In this document: piece after piece, positions 48,477 through 58,873 of the stretch
Position numbering within the stretch: the stretch's first letter is position 1
Layout: every line of letters begins with the position of its first letter
Virus record (IMG/VR): IMGVR_UViG_3300012003_000003
Span: 7,672-71,671 of that record
Origin: a virus
Length of the DNA stretch: 64,000 nt
Reading direction: 5' to 3' (one strand)
The notes under the pieces: generated by a model
Told to the model about the DNA's origin: nothing
Databases searched by the model: none
Seen by the model: only the letters and a program-made list of their open reading frames with translations
Made by a program: the position numbers and the translations under genes

Positions 48477-49387
48477 GGTCTTGCGCCCGTAAATACCACT
48501 TTTGTGCGTACTGCAATACTAAATATCTGTAATGGGGTTGACGCATCAACCGTTACTAATTCCACAATTAGCCAGTTACCACGCATACCAGCACCGTTTA
48601 CAATATTTTCATCGTTCTCATCACCCAATATGGAGGCTGAATAAACATTATCAACCTGATAGTTGGTAACACTTAGTCCGTTAGCCGCCAATTTCTGCTT
48701 TATAAAATCGGTATCGATCAGCGTTGATACCTGCCCGTTTGATGATTGTATCCCATCTATAGCGGTTATCAGCAGCATATTGGCCTGATAATTCAACACC
48801 TCGTAGTCCTTTACAATGCCAGGGTTCTTGGCTGACACAATCTTAATCTTAGATTGAAACTGCTGCCCAAAGAAATTATTGGTTGAATTGGTGGCCCCGT
48901 TTTGTGCTGAATAAAGCGACCCCTGATAACCTACAATGGTTTTCTCATCTATGGACCACCCAAAATCAGGATACATATTTCTGAAATCACCCCACTTTTT
49001 ATTTATGGCCGACCAGATAATTGTTGTTCCTATGTTATTGGTGATATTCCTAACATTAAACCCGGTGATCACGCAGTTGGCATTGGAGTAAAATTTAACA
49101 AAGCCGTTGCCTGTAGGTGACAGCGTTTCAACATAAATATTGGGCGTTGTTTCCATGGCCCCATTTGAGCCGGGTGTCTGGGATTGTACGTACCCACCCG
49201 ATATACTCAAAACAGAATAAGACACCTGGTAGGTTTGGCCTGCCGTAACGGGGTAATTGGTTAACGTACACAACCCGCTGTTACAGGCCACGTGCGTAGC
49301 ATCAACACCGTCTACCGACCAACCAGTGTCATTGCATGCGGTTAACAGGTTTACTACAATTGCCGTATTTTGGATTGCTGAGTACAT
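48473..49387 (-). CDS. Tail nozzle/stabilisation protein, C-terminal part
   Basis: TIIWSAINKKW..F..YPD, NNFFGQQF, GMRGNWLIVEL. Confidence 0.6.
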   Translation of the reverse strand: MYSAIQNTAIVVNLLTACNDTGWSVDGVDATHVACNSGLCTLTNYPVTAGQTYQVSYSVLSISGGYVQSQTPGSNGAMETTPNIYVETLSPTGNGFVKFYSNANCVITGFNVRNITNNIGTTIIWSAINKKWGDFRNMYPDFGWSIDEKTIVGYQGSLYSAQNGATNSTNNFFGQQFQSKIKIVSAKNPGIVKDYEVLNYQANMLLITAIDGIQSSNGQVSTLIDTDFIKQKLAANGLSVTNYQVDNVYSASILGDENDENIVNGAGMRGNWLIVELVTVDASTPLQIFSIAVRTKVVFTGARP

Positions 49388-49389
49388 GG

Positions 49390-52300
49390 CTAATAGGTTG
49401 TTGTTGTTATAGAATCAGGTGTTATGCCTACTGCAAAAGTATAGATAATATCAAGTACTGGCGAACCTACGCCTGTGCCAACTGTTCCATCAGCACCGGA
49501 TGTAATATGACTTGATACACCCACTGGCGTTGTCGTTCCTGCCGATACTGCCGGTATCCTTGCTCCTGTAGTACCGTTAAGTTCAAGATAACCTTGGGTA
49601 ATAGGCCTTGCACCGTAGCTAAAGTTACATACACCGCCAACCGTATCACGGCCCTGTATCCTTAATGTAACCGATAATAATGAGGTGCCACCGTATTTAG
49701 CTGTAAAATAAGCAGTATTGATACCGAAACGCCAGCCTGGTGCGGTTGTACCCAATTTATCAGATGATAGTAAGAAACAGTTTGACGGATCGGTTCCATT
49801 ATTTGGCTGTAAAAGTGGGCCGCTTGGACTTTCTATGGTTCCCGTAACAATTTGCCCTGTTTCAGACAATCCTGCTGTTTGTACGAAGCAACATAAATCA
49901 GCATTTACATCGGTCAGATAATCCACCAGAACTGTAGATATTGTAGCATCAATCAGGCAGGTTCCCGCTGCATTCGCTTCCGACTGTGCTGCAGCCTGCG
50001 CCTGACTGTCTGCATCTGCCTGACTAATAATACTGGTGTATGCGCCCGCCGGTATACTCACATAAACAAAAGTACCTGATTGACCGCTTGGGCACCCCAT
50101 TTTTCTGTAATTGGCATTTATAGCCACATTTTGATAAAGCGCCGTGGTTACATCAAATGTACCACTCTGATTAAGTATGGTTAAGGTACAACTGGTTAAC
50201 GCATCCCCAGAAGCCGAGCTCATAACCTGAACCTTTACCGTATCGCCAATACTAACGGTACCTGGCAATGAAGTATAAGCGCCGCCGTTAACAGAATAAT
50301 TACCACCTGTAATACTGATGGCAACTGGCGTAGCCGAAACACCAGAAACGGTATTAGTATTTGATATTATTTCAGTAGAGAACGCCACTCCTGTTTGAGG
50401 TGTAAAGCTAAAGGCATCTACATATTGTGTCGTTACATTAAAGGTTGATGATTGCATGTCTACGGTTAATGTTGAGCTGGTTAATGTATCATACGACGCC
50501 GAGCTCTCTGTTTTTACCGTTACGATATCCCCTGCGTTAACAGTCCCCGGCGAAGTGGTATATGAGCCCCCATTTTTGGAATAACTGCCGCCGGTAATAC
50601 TGATAGATGCTGGTAGTGTATTTCCGACAACGGTTATAGAATTAGAAATAACATTGGTATTTAACAATTGCCCGGTAAGTGGGTTTAACGTAAATGGATT
50701 AACCGCGGTAGTACCAGTCGTAATGTCGAAAATAGCCGTTGTCGGCGGCGTTCCGATAGATAATGTCGCGCCTGTTTCGGTATCGTTGGCCGCCGAACTT
50801 GTCTGCTGTACCTGCACAGCATCGTATTGATTAACGATGCCAGGTGATGAAGTAAACGCCCCGCCGTTAATAGAATATTCTCCCCCTACGATACTTATAG
50901 CAACGGGCACGTTATTGCCAAATACACCAATTACATTTGAGGGTATACTTGTGCTTTTTGGCACATTTATTTGTGGTGCAAAAGAAAATTCACTAACTGC
51001 AGTTACACCCGCTGTCCAATTCAGGCAGTTATTCTTTGTCACAGCGCCTGTCCCCGGATTAAAGGTAAATATCGCGCTATCCCCACCCACATAGTTTAAT
51101 GTCGGCGTATAGGTTACCAAACCTGTTGTTGCATCATACGACGCGGTACAGTTAGCACCGTTTGCCGTTGCCGATACATCGGAAGGCACAATAGTATAGC
51201 CATCGTTAGGATTCCAGTTATCAGGTGAGAATGGGAATAAAATCAATATCCCAGCAGGCGTTTGGATACACACCAAAACCTCCTCGTAAAAGTCATTATA
51301 AAACTGGTATAGCTTTTTACCCAACTGGTAAGCAGCATTCAGCGTTGACTTAAAGTATTTAGATCGTTTTCCGGATATGCTATCAATTCCAGATAATGTC
51401 AATTCGTACGGTTCTGATTTAAACGGGTCAATAAACCCGGCCCTGTTATAGCGCCTCCAAAAGCTTTCCTTAGCTGTGCCTATGCCAATATTTTCAGTCG
51501 CATACCGCCCATTGTTTAATAGCTTTTCTGATATACTTTGCCCGGTTAACTGGTCATTTAATATAGTGTAGGCCATATTAACGGGTATATAAAAGGTATT
51601 CAGTTCCTGGATGCAAACCAATACATCACCACGTTGCCACATAATCTGTATAGCGCCCTGTGACGACGATATCTGCCCGTCACCATCCCCATATATGTTT
51701 GCGGGGTAAAACCTGTTTAACCCGTTGTTTTTGCTTCCCTCTATGTAATTTTGAGAGGTAATTATATTAGCCCTTCGCTCTGTCTGTTCCAACACATCAT
51801 AGTAGGTTCTTGCCCTGCCAAATGAATAGTATTGTGACGGGTAAAAATCACTGTAATTTAAGTCGGTAGCCAATACCTGAACCGGCGTGTTATGGTATGG
51901 TAATTTACCATCTGCATACTGCCTTGTTTTATAATAAGCGCCGCCATCAAACAGATCAATGGTAGTGGACTCAAGTAACCCGTTGTTGATCAATATCTGA
52001 TCACCTATTTCAAACCACTCTGTCGTGCTTTGCACCGCCGATGTTGCCTGATTAGCCTGTGTTGGTGAGTATAGCCTGAAAAATATGTTTCTTGCATTGA
52101 TCTGTTGCCCATTATAAAATAGGTTTCCACCCGAATACGTTAAGGCATTTGATTTTTCTACCTTAACAATATATGTCCCGGGGTCATACCCTAAAACGGC
52201 AAGGTTAATACACGGATTATTAAAATAGTGAATATTACCGGTGTCGTCAATCCAGTAATGGAAGGTACACCTATCCCCAACGGCGTAGTCGTATGCCAAT

Positions 52301-54375
52301 ATGGTATTAACACCCTCCTGCGCATAGTCGGTATTAAACAGGAACAGTGTATTTAGAGACAGGCATAAAACGGCATTACCTGCTATGTCGGCAAATGTTT
52401 TTTGTAATACGGCATAGGTTTGCCCAAAACCCACACTTGAACTACCGCCAACATTGGTTACGTAATCTCCTGTATTATAGGTGGCGAAATTTCCAAGATT
52501 TGTATATCCGGATACATCCTGTGTTGGGCTATCGGGTGTGGTGATCTGATAGGTGTCGCCAATATCGCCAGAATTTATAGCCAGGCCTGGGGTATTGCTA
52601 CGGGCATCCCATGTCCCTTTATATGCCAATACAATACCCAATACATCAAGAACCTTTATAACGGGTGGTTTAGTTATAACTACCTGGCAATACACGGCCC
52701 CTGCCGGAACTATGGCGCTGGGTATAGTTAGGGTTATTTTAATGGCCTGTCCCTGTACCTGTGCATACGATGGGGTATTAACAATGTAATTATTGTTGGT
52801 ATCCAATGGGAATGGCCTAATCTTACCGTCAAACCATTCTATAGCGAGTTGATACGATGTATTGTCAAGTACCGTTGGTATTGAGTTAGCAACCGATGCA
52901 CCTGCAAAATATAGTTCAACCGAAAATGTTTGCAGTTCATAATAGGGTTGCCCAATAAATTTGATACCATATAATCCGCTTCCATAACTTTGTATGCTTG
53001 CACTTGGCAATGTCTGTGCTATGGATTGAACCACAGCCAGTAAATTACCAGCCTGACCAGACGGAACAACATAGGTATAGTTATTGGTTACCGAGGCATT
53101 ACGCAAATCGTAGGTAATTAACACAATGGTATCTCCTGTATTGGGACTTCCGCTTAAAAATACCTGTATTATCCTTTTATGGTTTCCGGCCCCACTACCG
53201 CTTGAGCCCGGTAAATTACCCCTGTCTGTTAACGGATTGGAATATGTTCCCGATGGGATAGCGATATTGGGATTATAGCCAACCGCTACGGCTGATACCT
53301 GTGTTGATGGGCGCGCATAAAGTAATTTCCAGTCGCCCAATCCTATAATATTGCCATTAATTTTTTCTGCGGCATTGGCAGGCCAGATATCATCATAAAG
53401 CAAATCTGTCTCATTCGGGTCAATGGGTATTGGTATCTCGTTGCCGTAAGAAACATAATAGTAAATGTTCGTAGTTGGATTATAAGCCTCAAAAATAAGG
53501 GTTGAGACGTTAACTGCCGTGTTTGGTAGCGCTATAATATATGACCGGTCTACTGATTTTATAATTGAAAAGTCAGTTTGTCCCCCAATGTTTCTGCCTA
53601 TGTTTACTGTTGTAGCCCTTATTGAGCCAATATTAACGCCGATGATAATATAGTTGTTCTGCCCTACATCGTTTCCTAACGTTGGGGTGTTTTCCTGATA
53701 TGGCACAATACGTTTACTGCGGGTACTCCACGCTGAATGGTTGTAATCAGCGTTTACGTACTGTACAATGAACTGTGGCATATTACCATACCAATAGTTA
53801 GCCGGTTGCCCGGGGTCGCTTCCGTACGTTCCTGTGGGTGGATAGGGGCACTGTGGCTTTAAGAGGGATAGGTCCTCTGGCAATACCGTACCGTATCCAC
53901 CAGAAGCAAGGGTATTCAGGTTGCAATAACCCACTTCAAGGTCTTTGGCCCACCACACGGCGTATGTTTTATTGATTAGGATTGCAAGTACGGTATTTTG
54001 TGGATTAAGCGGTAAAATGGGGATCCCGTTACTGTCTGTTATGTCGGTAAAAATAACTTTATATGTATTAGTAACCGAGTTGTATAGCAATATCTGGTTG
54101 TTACCGGCGCTATTGTATCTAAAAGCTAAAACACTGCTTATATCATCAAACTTTCCGCCACCTATAATATCGTTTATACCGGGCAATAATGAACCCGATA
54201 ACAGGGTTAAGCTTTCAATATTGGTGTTGTATCCGAGATCCTGGCCTTGTGAGCCTGTATTGCGCAGATTCCAGGATTCTAAAAAATCTCCTTCAGCGTC
54301 AACGTCCTCATAGGCATCGTCACCGTTGCTACCTGAGCCCTTACCATACCGTTTTAGTTCATCATCCTGTGCCAT
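49390..54375 (-). CDS. Tail nozzle/stabilisation protein with Ig-like repeats and a DUF5977-like module
   Basis: 1661 aa; GLNRFYPAN, YATENIGIG, GAYTSIISQADADSQAQ, repeated ISITGG.YS.NGG units. Confidence 0.7.
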   Translation of the reverse strand: MAQDDELKRYGKGSGSNGDDAYEDVDAEGDFLESWNLRNTGSQGQDLGYNTNIESLTLLSGSLLPGINDIIGGGKFDDISSVLAFRYNSAGNNQILLYNSVTNTYKVIFTDITDSNGIPILPLNPQNTVLAILINKTYAVWWAKDLEVGYCNLNTLASGGYGTVLPEDLSLLKPQCPYPPTGTYGSDPGQPANYWYGNMPQFIVQYVNADYNHSAWSTRSKRIVPYQENTPTLGNDVGQNNYIIIGVNIGSIRATTVNIGRNIGGQTDFSIIKSVDRSYIIALPNTAVNVSTLIFEAYNPTTNIYYYVSYGNEIPIPIDPNETDLLYDDIWPANAAEKINGNIIGLGDWKLLYARPSTQVSAVAVGYNPNIAIPSGTYSNPLTDRGNLPGSSGSGAGNHKRIIQVFLSGSPNTGDTIVLITYDLRNASVTNNYTYVVPSGQAGNLLAVVQSIAQTLPSASIQSYGSGLYGIKFIGQPYYELQTFSVELYFAGASVANSIPTVLDNTSYQLAIEWFDGKIRPFPLDTNNNYIVNTPSYAQVQGQAIKITLTIPSAIVPAGAVYCQVVITKPPVIKVLDVLGIVLAYKGTWDARSNTPGLAINSGDIGDTYQITTPDSPTQDVSGYTNLGNFATYNTGDYVTNVGGSSSVGFGQTYAVLQKTFADIAGNAVLCLSLNTLFLFNTDYAQEGVNTILAYDYAVGDRCTFHYWIDDTGNIHYFNNPCINLAVLGYDPGTYIVKVEKSNALTYSGGNLFYNGQQINARNIFFRLYSPTQANQATSAVQSTTEWFEIGDQILINNGLLESTTIDLFDGGAYYKTRQYADGKLPYHNTPVQVLATDLNYSDFYPSQYYSFGRARTYYDVLEQTERRANIITSQNYIEGSKNNGLNRFYPANIYGDGDGQISSSQGAIQIMWQRGDVLVCIQELNTFYIPVNMAYTILNDQLTGQSISEKLLNNGRYATENIGIGTAKESFWRRYNRAGFIDPFKSEPYELTLSGIDSISGKRSKYFKSTLNAAYQLGKKLYQFYNDFYEEVLVCIQTPAGILILFPFSPDNWNPNDGYTIVPSDVSATANGANCTASYDATTGLVTYTPTLNYVGGDSAIFTFNPGTGAVTKNNCLNWTAGVTAVSEFSFAPQINVPKSTSIPSNVIGVFGNNVPVAISIVGGEYSINGGAFTSSPGIVNQYDAVQVQQTSSAANDTETGATLSIGTPPTTAIFDITTGTTAVNPFTLNPLTGQLLNTNVISNSITVVGNTLPASISITGGSYSKNGGSYTTSPGTVNAGDIVTVKTESSASYDTLTSSTLTVDMQSSTFNVTTQYVDAFSFTPQTGVAFSTEIISNTNTVSGVSATPVAISITGGNYSVNGGAYTSLPGTVSIGDTVKVQVMSSASGDALTSCTLTILNQSGTFDVTTALYQNVAINANYRKMGCPSGQSGTFVYVSIPAGAYTSIISQADADSQAQAAAQSEANAAGTCLIDATISTVLVDYLTDVNADLCCFVQTAGLSETGQIVTGTIESPSGPLLQPNNGTDPSNCFLLSSDKLGTTAPGWRFGINTAYFTAKYGGTSLLSVTLRIQGRDTVGGVCNFSYGARPITQGYLELNGTTGARIPAVSAGTTTPVGVSSHITSGADGTVGTGVGSPVLDIIYTFAVGITPDSITTTTY

Positions 54376-54596
54376 TATAAACGTTGTATATCCGATGAAA
54401 TATTTAATTCTTTCATTAAGTCTTTCTTAGATGAAATTTCAAAATCATAATGGTCACTTGACGCTGAACCACATGCTAAACTATACAAAATATCTCCCTT
54501 TGTTATTGTTATTTTGTGGCAAATCCTTTCAAGTTGTTCGGGATCTGTTTTTAAAAACAAAATATCACCAATGTTATATAGATTGTTTATATTCAT
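54375..54596 (-). CDS. Hypothetical protein
   Basis: YNIGDILFLKTDPEQ...HYDFEIS. Confidence 0.65.
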   Translation of the reverse strand: MNINNLYNIGDILFLKTDPEQLERICHKITITKGDILYSLACGSASSDHYDFEISSKKDLMKELNISSDIQRL

Positions 54597-55369
54597 TACG
54601 CCCTCGCAGTTAACTTTATATGACGGCGATATTCCAATTCCATTTCAGATATACGTACGGGGTTCAAACGCATTTTTGCCATTTTCTTTTCTGCCGCCCA
54701 GTCCAATTTTAATCCCCGTATAGTGGCTTGACTAACACCTTTCTTGTCAATATTATCTTTCCACCGCAACCATGCCATAAAAGCATCGGCGGCAAACGTA
54801 TGTATCATGTAGTTATTGCACTCGCAATCGAAGCCGTTAGTAAGGTACTCCACCAATATAGTGTCATACGGAAATGATGGATTTATAAGGAAGCACCTTG
54901 CATTATCATCTACACTAAATTCACCTACCGTAGCCGGGCCGCCACCAACGCCGTACAAATGAAAGTACTCGCTACCGTTTTGATAGTTCAACCAAAAGAA
55001 CGGGCCCCCAGGTACGCCAAACTGTTGTACGGTGTTTGGTAATGTGGGTACGCCAACTACTGCGTTTTGGCTTGCTAAAAAGGCTTGTTTTATGGGTACA
55101 ATATCTTCGTTGTGTTTTAGTGGTACGCCCTCTCCGCAACTGTTTACAACGCCAATCATAGAATAATCCAAATAATCTTCGGGGAATGGTACGGTGTGGT
55201 TTGGGGCGATTGAGAGTAATTGTGTGCGGAAAGTGCCCGTTACATCCATCTGAAATTTACGCATACCCTGCAAAGTGGCGATGCGGTATAACCGCCTGAA
55301 TTTATCATCTCCCTCATCTTTTGAGTTCAAATATTCCAAACACAACTGTTTAATGCTTATTTTACTCAT
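54596..55369 (-). CDS. Tail ring/adaptor protein
   Basis: VPFPEDYLDYSMIG, ILVEYLTNG, AKMRLNP; synteny. Confidence 0.6.
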   Translation of the reverse strand: MSKISIKQLCLEYLNSKDEGDDKFRRLYRIATLQGMRKFQMDVTGTFRTQLLSIAPNHTVPFPEDYLDYSMIGVVNSCGEGVPLKHNEDIVPIKQAFLASQNAVVGVPTLPNTVQQFGVPGGPFFWLNYQNGSEYFHLYGVGGGPATVGEFSVDDNARCFLINPSFPYDTILVEYLTNGFDCECNNYMIHTFAADAFMAWLRWKDNIDKKGVSQATIRGLKLDWAAEKKMAKMRLNPVRISEMELEYRRHIKLTARA

Positions 55370-56004
55370 GACGGTTCACCTGTTGAAATAGTTTGCGGTT
55401 GTATTCGATAATCCTGCGCTAATTCATTCAAAATTACAGTAAAAATTTCATCTTCAACATCTTTTGGAATTTGAAGTACGGAATCTAACAGCGTAGTTCC
55501 TGGTGGTACTGCGCCGACAAGTTTTAAATTAACGGTAGAATTTATAATAGCGGGTAAATCTCTGAATACCACATTGCCATTTTCAATTTTAAACAACTGT
55601 ATGCCACTTTGTGTCGGGAACGGCGGTAAACCACTCTCTACAAAATCAGACCTGTTTTGCATCTGCACACACCAAACATTTGGGAACCCTGAAAAAGACA
55701 CCTGCGCTATTTCTCTTCCATTGGGTAATCCCGCAGGTGTTGCTGGCATCACTACATATTTATCTTTGGTATCAATATCGGTTAATAATGGACAATTCTT
55801 AAATACACTTATGAACTGATCATTGGCATACGTTGCTTCGGCGAGGTTAGAATTACCAAAAGCTGATTTAACGGCCGCCCTTGCTACCAACATGGCTATT
55901 CTTTCAGCCACAAAGCGTTCCGTTATGCCAACTTCGGGTACTGGCACACCGTTGTAGTGTGCGTCAATTATCTCCTGACTAAGTTTCCGATATGTGGTTT
56001 GCAT
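55366..56004 (-). CDS. Tail ring/adaptor protein
   Basis: Synteny; C-terminal LQIPKDVEDEI. Confidence 0.55.
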   Translation of the reverse strand: MQTTYRKLSQEIIDAHYNGVPVPEVGITERFVAERIAMLVARAAVKSAFGNSNLAEATYANDQFISVFKNCPLLTDIDTKDKYVVMPATPAGLPNGREIAQVSFSGFPNVWCVQMQNRSDFVESGLPPFPTQSGIQLFKIENGNVVFRDLPAIINSTVNLKLVGAVPPGTTLLDSVLQIPKDVEDEIFTVILNELAQDYRIQPQTISTGEPS

Positions 56005-57164
56005 TATTGTAATGTTTTAGAAGCGTTATTGGCAAATGAAGCAAGTTCTTTATCTCTACTTGCGATGCTTGCATCGGCAAGGGCCAAATCAACAATTGTT
56101 GAAATATCATCATCATTCCATAATGGCTGAATTGACGTTATGGGGTTATATATCGGCCTTATAGAACCGGGGACAAGGCTTGACACGGTTATGCTAAACC
56201 CGCTACCACTTCCACCCACATTTAAATTACTTGCCGATAGTATATCGCCATTAAGGTAAACTTTTCCAGGATTTGTTAAAACCACAGAGGTTACAATGTT
56301 TCCAAATACGGTTATAGTGGCTAAAGCCGAATTTCCGCTTCCTCCCAAAAGTGGAACATTTGCATAAACCCCATTAACATATCCACTGCCGCCCACAAGC
56401 CCCGTGAGCGTCGAAATGTAACCGTTGAGGGTATAACCCCATACAGACCAAACGGGCTGTTTAAGGTACACTATATTGGCTAATTGTATGTTGGTAGGGT
56501 AGAACTGAAATGATGTTGCAAACTGCGTGTAAATTTGAAACTCACTTGACGGCGCATCATAGGTGCTTGACAGGTTTTTAGCTATCCTGCTTTTCTCCAC
56601 CCTTTTTATCGGGTATGGCGTTGTGCCCGTTAACGAAAGTATGTTTAGGTAAAACCCTGAACCACCTGCCAGCGCCGCCGACACCACGTTGTTTGTCAAA
56701 TCGTAACCTATGCCGGGATTAGTAAGGGTAACACTTGTTACTATACCACCTGCTACTACTATTGTTGCCGTTGCGCCTGTTCCTGTGCTACCTGTTAAGG
56801 GCTGATTAATAAACGTACCGTTAGTATATCCACTCCCAGGAGTTATGTTGCCTAATGATGCAATGGCTGTTCCCCCACCTAACAGGTAGCCACTCATGCT
56901 ATCTACGTGTAAAAGGTTAAAGCCTGATGGGAAAGTAAAGATACCGTTGGCGGGGATAACGATGTAAAGAGCATCCGACATCCACTTCGAGATGCTATCT
57001 GATATTTCTTGACTTTTGGCATACTGATCAAAAATTCTGTTAAAAAACTTAATCTCTGCCGAGTTCCACCACCTTATAAATTTTTCTGGCGATACGTTAC
57101 TACTCACGCCGCGTGTACCGGCCCGGTCATTGAATAAACGCTTGGCATCATCAATCGTGTACAT
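56004..57164 (-). CDS. Head-tail ring protein with two inserted beta-rich modules
   Basis: VSPEKFIRWWNSAE, FQFYP..VYLKQP, two GSGY.NG...VTSV.LTNPG repeats. Confidence 0.6.
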   Translation of the reverse strand: MYTIDDAKRLFNDRAGTRGVSSNVSPEKFIRWWNSAEIKFFNRIFDQYAKSQEISDSISKWMSDALYIVIPANGIFTFPSGFNLLHVDSMSGYLLGGGTAIASLGNITPGSGYTNGTFINQPLTGSTGTGATATIVVAGGIVTSVTLTNPGIGYDLTNNVVSAALAGGSGFYLNILSLTGTTPYPIKRVEKSRIAKNLSSTYDAPSSEFQIYTQFATSFQFYPTNIQLANIVYLKQPVWSVWGYTLNGYISTLTGLVGGSGYVNGVYANVPLLGGSGNSALATITVFGNIVTSVVLTNPGKVYLNGDILSASNLNVGGSGSGFSITVSSLVPGSIRPIYNPITSIQPLWNDDDISTIVDLALADASIASRDKELASFANNASKTLQ

Positions 57165-57196
57165 GGTATCAAATGTAATAATAAATTTCGTTCAAA

Positions 57197-57230
57197 TAAA
57201 AAAGCCAACTCTTTTTTAGGAAGTTGGCTA
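57197..57230 (-). terminator. Intrinsic terminator after the RNA ligase gene
   Basis: AGCCAACT..AGTTGGCT hairpin with a T-run on the minus strand. Confidence 0.7.
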
Positions 57231-57253
57231 ATAGTCCAATGAGAAATTCTCAC

Positions 57254-58306
57254 TTAACTCACATTCGTATTTTCAAATGTCTTTTTATTTAAAAACTCAA
57301 AAAACATCGGTCGTACTTTATTAGATACGTATTTACCTATTTCTTTTGGTTCAAGCCCATTGGCTACCATTGTATCGCTTTCTTCCTTAAGAATATCACC
57401 AACCATCCAACGCATAACATCGGCTATCCCTTTTATGTCGGGTTCATTTTCGCCAAATACAGATTGAATAGCCTGATTAAAGCGATTTTCTGTAACCGAA
57501 TATTCAATAAATTCGGCGATGTTATTTAACTTTTCGGTATCTACCGAATTAAGCGTCTTTACCTTAGATATAGAGTGTTTTTCGCCTTTTGATTTAAAAC
57601 GATAAACTATACCATTGTAGTCACAGGTAAATACGATACCCTCACCAGTTCCCTTAAAGCCAAAATCAGCCGCTACAGGACATTCATTCTCTACGCCGAT
57701 AGTCATATCAATTAAATCGTTTTGTATTAACTGCGGCATATTAAAATCAATATCAACACTAAAGGTTTTGTAATCCTCAATGTTGTAAATCTTGTCAGTT
57801 GGCGACCGCAACCCAGTTGTTTCTAACCAATATGATTTTTGCTCATTTTCGGGGTCTGAAATCTTTGCCCCAAATATGAAAAACGACTTTTCAATATTAG
57901 ATATAGCTACCGACTTTTGAATGCCCTTACCAACCCACTCGCCAAAAATAGTCAAGGTGTAGCTATTAAGGTCAAGTTTATTATTTGTAACCAATCGGTC
58001 AAATAAAGCAATAAAAGCGTTGGTATGTGTTTCTACAAAAAAAGCAAACCCGGCGTTATCTTTTAGGGGGGTGATTATATTTTCCCGGCTTTGCGCCCAC
58101 AGCCCGTCATTGTAATTATAAGACACCCCGGCGTTGGTGCCGTGTAGTTTTACTGTGCCCTTAAATGTTAACGTTGGTTTCGTTGCTAAGTGATTATAAA
58201 TAGGATTATTTTCCTCATCATAACCCGCAAACGATACGTGCCTGATAATAGATGAACAGATATTACGAAATTGTTCAATGGATGGGTAAGAAATGTGTTT
58301 TTTCAT
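57254..58306 (-). CDS. RNA ligase (Rnl2-like nucleotidyltransferase)
   Basis: Motif I KLHGTN, FGEW, GEGIV, FKSK. Confidence 0.85.
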   Translation of the reverse strand: MKKHISYPSIEQFRNICSSIIRHVSFAGYDEENNPIYNHLATKPTLTFKGTVKLHGTNAGVSYNYNDGLWAQSRENIITPLKDNAGFAFFVETHTNAFIALFDRLVTNNKLDLNSYTLTIFGEWVGKGIQKSVAISNIEKSFFIFGAKISDPENEQKSYWLETTGLRSPTDKIYNIEDYKTFSVDIDFNMPQLIQNDLIDMTIGVENECPVAADFGFKGTGEGIVFTCDYNGIVYRFKSKGEKHSISKVKTLNSVDTEKLNNIAEFIEYSVTENRFNQAIQSVFGENEPDIKGIADVMRWMVGDILKEESDTMVANGLEPKEIGKYVSNKVRPMFFEFLNKKTFENTNVS

Positions 58307-58408
58307 TTTTGTGAGATTTTACTCCCGTATGAATTACAGGAAGCACAAACATAAAAAATCCCATTCACTTTCGCAAATAGGATTTTTAAAAACAAATTAT
58401 GAACTATC

Positions 58409-58834
58409 TTATATCAATCCAGCCTGCGCATCCAGCTGTTTTTCAATATGCGGGTCTAACGCCGAACGTTGTTTTAAACTGTTGTACGCGGATAATAGCC
58501 TATTATACGCATCCTGTGTAACTTCTACGGGTTCACCAAAACGGTGGCCTTGTAGGTGAAGTGACCCGGCTTCTGCGCTTGTTAGGGTTTTTTCGGGTGT
58601 ACCATTGGCAACAGGTTCGCCTACTACTCCTGCAGCAGGTATGTTATTTTCCACAAGTGGCGTGTTGTCAACTGTGTTTAAAGTAGGGTTATGTTCCCCG
58701 TTATGGTAGTTTGGCGATGCATTTTCAATGCGGGTTCCGTCAACCAAACCCTGTTGCGTATTATCGCCCTGTACTGCATCAATTGGTGCCACATATCCCT
58801 CGTCTCCCGGTTGTAAATTGCCTTGTTCGTCCAT
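58409..58834 (-). CDS. Hypothetical acidic protein
   Basis: 141-aa ORF. Confidence 0.6.
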   Translation of the reverse strand: MDEQGNLQPGDEGYVAPIDAVQGDNTQQGLVDGTRIENASPNYHNGEHNPTLNTVDNTPLVENNIPAAGVVGEPVANGTPEKTLTSAEAGSLHLQGHRFGEPVEVTQDAYNRLLSAYNSLKQRSALDPHIEKQLDAQAGLI

Positions 58835-58873
58835 GATTTTTTTATTTAAATAACCAAACTATCCACTAATTGT

